Origin: Edaphobacter aggregans
Lineage (GTDB): Bacteria; Acidobacteriota; Terriglobia; Terriglobales; Acidobacteriaceae
Assembly: GCF_003945235.1 (NCBI RefSeq)
Contig: NZ_RSDW01000001.1
Span: forward strand, 1,740,001 to 1,772,000
DNA: 32,000 bases
Direction of reading: 5' to 3'
The translations under genes and the position numbers were made by a program. The notes under the pieces were generated by a model. It saw only the letters and a program-made list of their open reading frames with translations, had not been told where the DNA came from and ran no database searches. Positions 16,905 to 23,667 of this stretch are shown here, piece by piece. Each line of letters opens with the position of its first letter. The stretch's first letter is position 1.

Positions 16905-18803
16905 CTAAGCATGCTTAGCCAGAATCTGCTCCATCATTTTGCTCAGGTAGGGCCGCGCTTTTGCAAGTGCAGCCTCCGCAGTCAGCCCATACTTTTCACG
17001 AAGCGCCTCAACCTTGCCATGCTCGATAAACTCATCGGGCCAGCCAACGCGCACCACAGGAACCTGCAGTTCAAGCCCACTCAGTGTCTCCAGCACCGCA
17101 GATCCAAACCCACCCGCGAGCATATGGTCCTCCAGCGTAATGACCAACCCACAGCGACCGCCGAACTCTCCCACACAGGCCTTATCGATAGGCTTGGCAA
17201 ACCGCGGGTTGATCACCGCAGCGGAAAACCCTTCCCGCTCCAGCATCTCCGCCAGCCGCACGGCCTCAGGCAGCATCGCTCCTAGACCAAAGATGGCAAC
17301 ATCAGTACGTCCTGAGTCCTTAATCACCTCAGCCTTACCAATCTCCAGCGCCAGCGGCTGAGCCTTCACCGCCACGCCCGGCCCCGTTCCACGTGGATAT
17401 CGAATCGCGCTCGGCCCCTCGTGCAGCATCGCCGTATACATCATGTCCTGCAGTTCGTCCTCGTCCTTTGGAACCATGTGAATCAGGTTCGGCACGCTCC
17501 GCAGATAGCTGATGTCAAACAGCCCATGGTGCGTCGGCCCATCATCGCCACTCAACCCGCCGCGATCCATACAGAACACAACCGGCAAATTCTGCAGGCA
17601 TACATCATGCACAACCGGATCGAACGCACGCTGCAAAAACGTCGAGTAGATCGCGCAAAACGGCTTGTACCCCTTCGTAGCCATACCCGCCGCAAAGATC
17701 ACCGCATGTTCCTCGGCAATCCCTACGTCGAAGTACCGCGAAGGATGATGCGGCCGAAACAAATCCAGCGCCGTCCCATTCGGCATCGCCGCCGTAATCG
17801 CCACTACCTTCTCGTTCTCCGTAGCCAGCTTCGTCAGCGACTCGGCAAATATCTCCGAATAAGTCTTCTGCCCCGCCGACTTCGTCTCACCCGTCTCCGC
17901 GTCATACGGCCCCAGCCCATGAAACTTCTTCTGCTTCTCCAGCGCTGGCTGAAAGCCTTTGCCCTTCTGCGTAATCGCATGCAGCACCACAGGCTTGTTC
18001 TGCTGCTTCAAAAATTTGAACGTCTCAATCAGCAGCGGCAAATTATGCCCATCGATCGGCCCAAAGTAACTAATCCCAAATTCTTCAAACAACGTACCCG
18101 GCCCGATCAAGCCCTTCGCAGCCTCTTCGGCCTTGCGTGCCACGTGACGAACCGTCTTGCCGCCAAACCGCTCCAACAACTCCGCGGCCTTGTCATGCCA
18201 GCTCGAGATCGTCGGATTCATCACAATCTTGTGGAAGTACTCCGCAATCGCTCCGACGTTCTTATCGATCGACCACGCATTGTCGTTCAACACCACAATC
18301 AGCCGCTTTGTCTGCGCTGCAATATTGTTCAGCGCCTCATACGAGATCCCATTCGTAAACGCAGCATCCCCAGCCAGTGCGACAATATGTTCGCTCCCAC
18401 CCGACATATCCCGGGCCACAGCCATTCCCAACGCCGCACTCAGCGCCGTACCAGCATGACCCGCGCCATAGCTGTCATGCTCGCTCTCCGTGCGCAGCAT
18501 AAAGCCATTCAACCCATTCGGCTGTCGAATCGTATGGAACAACTTCTCCCGCCCGGTCAGCAGCTTATGCACATACGCCTGATGGCTCACATCGAAGACA
18601 AAGCTGTCCGCAGGCGTATCGAACACATAGTGCATCGCGAGCGTCAGTTCAACAACACCCAGATTCGGTCCGATGTGGCCACCTGTCTTCGAAACCCCAA
18701 TGATTAACCGCTCGCGAATCTCTTCCGCAAGCCGCTCCAACTCCACCATCGACAACTTCTTCACATCTGCCGGGGAATTGATCTTCTCAAGATACGTACT
18801 CAT
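16905..18803 (-). CDS. dxs: 1-deoxy-D-xylulose-5-phosphate synthase
   Basis: 632 aa. MSTYLEKINSPADVKKLS...GGHIGPNLGVVELTLAMHYVF...DVSHQAYVHKLLTGR...GAGHAGTALSAALGMA...GDAAFTNG...LNDN is canonical DXS with a TPP-binding motif. Confidence 0.97.
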   Translation of the reverse strand: MSTYLEKINSPADVKKLSMVELERLAEEIRERLIIGVSKTGGHIGPNLGVVELTLAMHYVFDTPADSFVFDVSHQAYVHKLLTGREKLFHTIRQPNGLNGFMLRTESEHDSYGAGHAGTALSAALGMAVARDMSGGSEHIVALAGDAAFTNGISYEALNNIAAQTKRLIVVLNDNAWSIDKNVGAIAEYFHKIVMNPTISSWHDKAAELLERFGGKTVRHVARKAEEAAKGLIGPGTLFEEFGISYFGPIDGHNLPLLIETFKFLKQQNKPVVLHAITQKGKGFQPALEKQKKFHGLGPYDAETGETKSAGQKTYSEIFAESLTKLATENEKVVAITAAMPNGTALDLFRPHHPSRYFDVGIAEEHAVIFAAGMATKGYKPFCAIYSTFLQRAFDPVVHDVCLQNLPVVFCMDRGGLSGDDGPTHHGLFDISYLRSVPNLIHMVPKDEDELQDMMYTAMLHEGPSAIRYPRGTGPGVAVKAQPLALEIGKAEVIKDSGRTDVAIFGLGAMLPEAVRLAEMLEREGFSAAVINPRFAKPIDKACVGEFGGRCGLVITLEDHMLAGGFGSAVLETLSGLELQVPVVRVGWPDEFIEHGKVEALREKYGLTAEAALAKARPYLSKMMEQILAKHA

Positions 18804-19024
18804 TCAGAACCCTGTTCTGCAGCCTCGCACACGGACAACTCCGGCATCGCTGCGTCCGATCGTCTACTCAAACCGGCTCTTGTACCACAGCCCTTAAGTA
18901 TATCAATTCGAAACAGTCAGTCTCTCTACAAGCCGTCTGCAAGAGTTAGACCCACAAATACGACAATCGCTTTCCTCAAAATCGAAGAAAACAACTTTGC
19001 AGCACACTTCTACGTCTAAGGAAC

Positions 19025-19297
19025 ATGGCAAGATTCATCCGAGCCGCCGCTGCTGTCCTCTGTGCACTCTGCGTACTTGCCATCTGCATCGCGCCTCTCG
19101 TCGATCTGCCAGACACAAATCTTCGCTCCTACCACCTCGCCATGCTTCTGCTCTTCTCATTGATGGCGGGAGCCACCCTGGCCTGTGCGGAGGCTTTCAA
19201 GCCTGCCACAACCATACGAGTTTGCCTCACTCCCCCTGAGCGAATAAATCACCACCAGCTAGCGCCGATCGATACCAATTCCATTCTGCGGTACTAG
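19025..19297 (+). CDS. Hypothetical 90-aa protein with two hydrophobic helices and five Cys residues (first ORF of the radical SAM operon)
   Basis: MARFIRAAAAVLCALCVLAICIAPLVDLPDTNLRSYHLAMLLLFSLMAGATLACAEAFKPATTIRVCLTPPERINHHQLAPIDTNSILRY. Third-position C/G bias in this frame matches the plus-strand genes. The SD is weak and too close (AAGGA 2 nt from the ATG). No family recognised. Confidence 0.5.
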   Translation: MARFIRAAAAVLCALCVLAICIAPLVDLPDTNLRSYHLAMLLLFSLMAGATLACAEAFKPATTIRVCLTPPERINHHQLAPIDTNSILRY

Positions 19298-19378
19298 TCT
19301 CCAACATCTCCGTTATTCGATTGATCCACCTTCCAGTGGCAACTCCGAATTCAGCGCTTAAGCGCACAAGGAGATCAG

Positions 19379-20383
19379 GTGAAGTCTTCAGAAGTAATGC
19401 AGGCATGGAAGTCCATCCTCTTAGGCAGACGTCCGTCGTTATCGATCGAGATCACCCGTGAATGTCCCCTCCGCTGTCCCGGATGCTACGCCTTCGATCC
19501 AGCCCACCTCGGCGGCGAAGGCAACATCACCCTTCGCCAATTGTCTGATTACAAAGAAGACGCACTCGTCAAAAATGTCCTCCGCGTAGTCGACGAGTAT
19601 CAGCCTCTCCACGTCTCCCTCGTCGGCGGCGACCCCCTCGTCCGATATCGCGAGCTCGAAGCCCTCCTGCCCGAGTTCGACCGTCGCGGCATTCACGTCC
19701 AGATCGTTACCAGCGCCTTCCGCCCCATTCCCGCCCATTGGGCCGACTTCAAACGCCTCAATATCGTGGTCTCCATAGACGGTCTGCAACCCGAACACGA
19801 TATTCGCCGCGCACCTGCGACCTACGAGCGTATATTGAAGAATCTTGCGGAGGCGACCGTTACGATCCACTGCACCATCACCGGCCAGATTGCGGACCAG
19901 CCCGGCTATCTTGAGCGCTTCCTTCAGTTCTGGACCGAGCGCCCCGAAGCCAACAAGGTCTGGATGAGCATCTTTACCCCTCAGCAACGCGCAACAGGCC
20001 CGGAAATCCTTACGCCAAGAGCGCGCGCAAAGGTCATCACCGAACTCCTCCGTCTCCGTCCCCTCTATCCCATCCTCGACATGCACGAGTCAGCACTCCG
20101 GGAGTTCCTCCATCCGCCCCAGTCTCCTGCGGACTGCATCTTCGCCCGCACCACCCACACCATCTCTGCCGATCTCAAGACCGTCATCACCCCTTGCCAA
20201 TTCGGCGGCAATCCCGACTGCTCTCAATGTGGCTGCATAGCATCCATGGGCCTCGCGGCAGTCGGTCACCACAAAGTCGTCGGCGGCCTCACCGCCGGCC
20301 ATCTCTTCAAAGCCTCCGACATCGTCGGAAGAAACCTTAAGAAGCTTTTAGATCATCCCAACAAGAGGTCCGCGATCCAATGA
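19379..20383 (+). CDS. Radical SAM enzyme, HpnH/DUF3463-like architecture, unknown substrate
   Basis: 334 aa. AAGGAG (19368-19373), then 5 nt, then GTG. CX3CX2C cluster motif in EITRECPLRCPGCYAF, GGDPL SAM-binding motif, and a C-terminal Cys cluster C-x7-C-x2-C-x-C (CQFGGNPDCSQCGC). The overall layout (N-terminal helix + core + Cys-rich tail) recalls HpnH-type enzymes; this is from memory, not a search. Confidence 0.88.
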   Translation: MKSSEVMQAWKSILLGRRPSLSIEITRECPLRCPGCYAFDPAHLGGEGNITLRQLSDYKEDALVKNVLRVVDEYQPLHVSLVGGDPLVRYRELEALLPEFDRRGIHVQIVTSAFRPIPAHWADFKRLNIVVSIDGLQPEHDIRRAPATYERILKNLAEATVTIHCTITGQIADQPGYLERFLQFWTERPEANKVWMSIFTPQQRATGPEILTPRARAKVITELLRLRPLYPILDMHESALREFLHPPQSPADCIFARTTHTISADLKTVITPCQFGGNPDCSQCGCIASMGLAAVGHHKVVGGLTAGHLFKASDIVGRNLKKLLDHPNKRSAIQ

Positions 20384-21111
20384 CACAATATCTGACGCAC
20401 CAGACCATTCACGTCGACCGCGCCGATCTCGAATCGTCGTTCCCTTCCTCCGAGTTGGATCTTCGCAGGCAGCTCGTCCGCTTCGGCAGATGGGTTCACC
20501 GCCTCGGCTACACCCCCGGCACCGCCGGCAATCTCTCCGTTCGACTCGACGACCACCTTATCCTCGCCACGCCCACCGGCTGTAGCAAGGGCCTCCTGCA
20601 CGCCGTCGACATGGTCCTCATCGACAACGATGGCAACAAGCTCTCCGGAACCCGCAACGTCACCAGCGAGATCGGTATGCATCTCGCCGTCTACCGTATG
20701 CGACCCGACGTACAAGCCATCGTCCACACCCACCCGCCCATCGCGACCGCCTTCGCCGCATGCGGCAAAGCCCTCGATCAACCCATCTGTTCCGAAATCC
20801 TGATGACCACCGGCCTCGTCCCGCTGGCCCCCTACGCCACCACAGGAACCGAAGAAGTCAGCGCCAGCCTCGAACCCTTCATCCCTGATCACGACGCCAT
20901 CCTGCTCGCAAACCACGGCCTGCTGACCTACGGCTCCTCCCTGCCCGACGCCTTCATGAAGACCGAAACCGTCGAGCACTTCGCCCAGGTCTGCCTCTCC
21001 GCACATCAACTAGGAGGAGCCTCGCCCCTCCGCGACATCGACATCGCCAAACTCCAGCAGGCCCGCGCCCGATACAAACTCAACGCCTCCCGCGGCCCAT
21101 CCTGCCGCTAG
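20380..21111 (+). CDS. Class II aldolase/adducin N-terminal domain protein (FucA/MtnB-like)
   Basis: 243 aa. GTAGNLSVR, SEIGMH (catalytic/metal Glu), VHTHP and ANHGLL (His ligands). The start codon overlaps the radical SAM stop (ATGA at 20380-20383). Confidence 0.85.
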   Translation: MTQYLTHQTIHVDRADLESSFPSSELDLRRQLVRFGRWVHRLGYTPGTAGNLSVRLDDHLILATPTGCSKGLLHAVDMVLIDNDGNKLSGTRNVTSEIGMHLAVYRMRPDVQAIVHTHPPIATAFAACGKALDQPICSEILMTTGLVPLAPYATTGTEEVSASLEPFIPDHDAILLANHGLLTYGSSLPDAFMKTETVEHFAQVCLSAHQLGGASPLRDIDIAKLQQARARYKLNASRGPSCR

Positions 21112-21113
21112 CC

Positions 21114-21162
21114 GGAGAAGCATTCGCTGTGCCCCTCAAAAAGGCATGCGGTATGCTTCTCC
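21114..21162 (+). other. Intercistronic RNA stem-loop (10-bp perfect stem, 29-nt loop) between the aldolase and ABC ATPase genes
   Basis: ggagaagcat (21114-21123) pairs with atgcttctcc (21153-21162). The left arm starts 3 nt after the aldolase TAG. The right arm ends 3 nt before the ATPase ATG at 21166. Confidence 0.5.
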
Positions 21163-21165
21163 CAA

Positions 21166-21996
21166 ATGACCCCAGCCGTCTCCACCACAGGCCTCACTCG
21201 CCGCTTCGGCGACTTCACCGCAGTCGAAGACGTCAATCTTTCCGTCGCACCGGGCCAGTTCTTCGGCTTCCTCGGCCCTAACGGAGCCGGCAAGTCCACG
21301 ACCATCAAGATGCTCACCGGCTTGCTCGCGCCCACCTCCGGCTCCATCGAGATTCTCGGCCTCGACGCCGCCACCAACCCCATCGAAGTCAAGCGTCAGA
21401 TAGGCGTGGTCCCCGAAGGCCTCGCCCTCTTCGGCCGTCTAACCGCAGCCGAATACCTCCGCTTCGTCGGTCGCATGTACGGTCTCGACCGCGCCACCAC
21501 CGCCGACCGTACCCACGAGCTTCTCGACTTCATGAACCTCGCGGCCGAACCCAAAAAGCTCATCACCGACTTTTCCCACGGCATGCAGAAAAAGCTCGCC
21601 CTCGCCGCCGCCGTCATTCATGGCCCCAAAATCCTCTTCCTCGACGAGCCCTTCGAAGGCGTAGACGCCATCGCAGCCGGCACCCTCAAAAACATGCTTC
21701 AACGCATGATCGCCCGCGGCGCAACCATCTTCCTCACCTCGCACGTCCTTGAAATCGTCGAACGCCTCTGCAGCCACATCGCCATCATCGACCGCGGCCG
21801 CCTCATCGCCCAGGGCTCCCTGGAAGAACTCCGCGCTGGCACGAAACCGCTCCACACGACTCCCAACGGCCCCTCCTCGCCGCAACACCTCACCCTCGAA
21901 GAGATCTTCGTCCAAATCGTCGGAACCCAGCAAATCCCCTCCGAGCCAACAACGGCCGTCCTGCCTCCCCCAAAGGAGCTCTCATGGCTCGGTTAA
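21166..21996 (+). CDS. ABC transporter ATP-binding protein (ABC-2/DrrA-type exporter ATPase)
   Basis: 276 aa. Walker A GPNGAGKST, Q-loop, degenerate signature FSHGMQKKLAL, Walker B ILFLDEPFEGVD, H-loop TSH. Confidence 0.93.
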   Translation: MTPAVSTTGLTRRFGDFTAVEDVNLSVAPGQFFGFLGPNGAGKSTTIKMLTGLLAPTSGSIEILGLDAATNPIEVKRQIGVVPEGLALFGRLTAAEYLRFVGRMYGLDRATTADRTHELLDFMNLAAEPKKLITDFSHGMQKKLALAAAVIHGPKILFLDEPFEGVDAIAAGTLKNMLQRMIARGATIFLTSHVLEIVERLCSHIAIIDRGRLIAQGSLEELRAGTKPLHTTPNGPSSPQHLTLEEIFVQIVGTQQIPSEPTTAVLPPPKELSWLG

Positions 21997-23663
21997 CCAC
22001 CATTCCTCGCGCAACCGATCACTTCGCCGCCATCGCCCAACTACGCTGGCGTCTCTTCATCAACGCCTTCCGCGGCAGGAGCGGCAAGATGTCGCTCGCC
22101 GCTCTCATCATCCTGCGCATCATTGTCTACTCCATCGCCGCCGCAATCTCCATCGGACCAATCATTGGCTCTGGCTTTGCTGGCTACTTCGTCATAGCTC
22201 GCTCGGAACCTCTGCTGCTGCCGACCATCCTTTGGATACTCTCAGCCATCTGGTGCTTCATCTCCTTCAGTGCGTCACTGCAGCCTGCGCTGCAATCGGG
22301 CGGCTTCGATCTCTCTCAACTGATTCGCTTCCCCATCAGCTTTCCCTTCTATCTCGGCACACGAATCTTCTTTAGTTTCTTCAGCTACACCACCATCGTC
22401 GGCTTCTGTTGTCTGCTCGCTACGGCCACCGGAATCGGCATTGCCCAACCAGGTCTTTTTCTCTGGGCTGCTCCCGTCCTCCTGCTCTACGGCTTCACAC
22501 TCTTTTCTTTCCTGCGCATGATCTTTCTCTGGCTCGACCGCTGGCTCGCCCAGCGACGCACCCGCGAGATCGTAGCAGCGCTCTTTGTCAGCTTCTCCCT
22601 CGCCGTACAACTCCTCGCCTCATCCGTCCGCAGTCATACAGGCCACTCGCATTCCGCCATCGCCTCGCGCTTTGACCTCCTTGCTCGCGTCATCGTTCGG
22701 CTTCACCCATTTATCGCTTTCTTTCCTCCAAACCTTGCCTCCAACGCAATTCTGCGCATGCACGCCGCGCAGCCAATCCAAGCCATCGCTTCCATGCTCG
22801 GCGTAGCCGCGTTCTGCGCAATCTTTCTCGCCCTGTACGCCCTTCGTCTTCGCGGAGAATTTCGCGGAGAGAACTTCAGCGAAACATCCGCGCGCAGCAC
22901 ACAATCGCCCAGCGGCAAACCGGCCCTTGGTTGGAACCTCTCCGGTCTCTCTCCCGCGCTCGCAGCCTGTATGGAAAAAGAGACACGCTATCTCCTCCGC
23001 GGCGGCAACGCTCTCGTAGGCCTCTTCAGTCCGCTTATCTTCGTTGCTATTCTCACCAACCGCGGCGGTGCACTATCAAGATCGCCTGACATCATGCTTC
23101 CCGCCGCCCTCGCCTACCTCCTGTTCGGACTCTTCGCCACCCTCTACAACGTCTTTGGCACCGACGGCCCTGGCATCCATCTCTACTTCCTCGCACCCGT
23201 CCGCCTTCGCGACGTCTTCATCGCGAAAAACCTCGTCAGCACGGCTCTCATCACCACTGAAGTCCTGCTCGCCACGCTCATCGTCACCTACTCGCACAAG
23301 ATCGCGCCGCCAGTCCTCGCAGCCACACTTCTGTGGTTCGTCTTCGCTCTCTTTACGAACCTCACCGTCGGAAACATCCGCTCTCTTCGCGCCCCACGCC
23401 GAGTCGTCATCGGCAAAACTATGCGCCAGCCTCCCTCACGCGGAGGAGCCTACATTACTCTCCTCGTCCTCTTCGGTTCTCTGTTCCTCTGCATGGCGAC
23501 TCTCTGGCTCTGCCGCCACTTCGGTTACCCCTGGCTGCCCTCGCTCATCTTTCTCGCATTAGCAGCCGCAGCCTTCGCAGCCTATATTCGCGTCCTGCAC
23601 CGAATCGACACGATGGCCCTAGCCCAACGCGACACTCTCACCCGGGAACTCTGCAAAACCTAG
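21984..23663 (+). CDS. Polytopic membrane protein, putative ABC exporter permease partner
   Basis: 559 aa with about 12-14 hydrophobic helices in two blocks separated by a hydrophilic loop (RGEFRGENFSETSARSTQSPSGK...). AAGGAG (21973-21978), then 5 nt, then ATG. 13-nt overlap with the ATPase gene. Confidence 0.8.
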   Translation: MARLTTIPRATDHFAAIAQLRWRLFINAFRGRSGKMSLAALIILRIIVYSIAAAISIGPIIGSGFAGYFVIARSEPLLLPTILWILSAIWCFISFSASLQPALQSGGFDLSQLIRFPISFPFYLGTRIFFSFFSYTTIVGFCCLLATATGIGIAQPGLFLWAAPVLLLYGFTLFSFLRMIFLWLDRWLAQRRTREIVAALFVSFSLAVQLLASSVRSHTGHSHSAIASRFDLLARVIVRLHPFIAFFPPNLASNAILRMHAAQPIQAIASMLGVAAFCAIFLALYALRLRGEFRGENFSETSARSTQSPSGKPALGWNLSGLSPALAACMEKETRYLLRGGNALVGLFSPLIFVAILTNRGGALSRSPDIMLPAALAYLLFGLFATLYNVFGTDGPGIHLYFLAPVRLRDVFIAKNLVSTALITTEVLLATLIVTYSHKIAPPVLAATLLWFVFALFTNLTVGNIRSLRAPRRVVIGKTMRQPPSRGGAYITLLVLFGSLFLCMATLWLCRHFGYPWLPSLIFLALAAAAFAAYIRVLHRIDTMALAQRDTLTRELCKT

Positions 23664-23667
23664 CCGC

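Noticed and set aside
19379-20383. Radical SAM gene as a prokaryotic viperin (pVip) antiviral enzyme, given the TIR gene nearby
   Set aside because: The cluster-binding region (RECPLRCPGCYAF) and the Cys-rich C-terminal tail do not resemble the viperin pattern as I recall it (CNYxCxFC core with no C-terminal Cys cluster). The layout is closer to HpnH/DUF3463-type enzymes.
20353-21009. 218-aa minus-strand ORF antisense to the class II aldolase gene
   Set aside because: It is a Gly/Asp/Val/Ala-rich shadow ORF. The plus frame carries intact aldolase metal-ligand motifs and is translationally coupled to the upstream gene.
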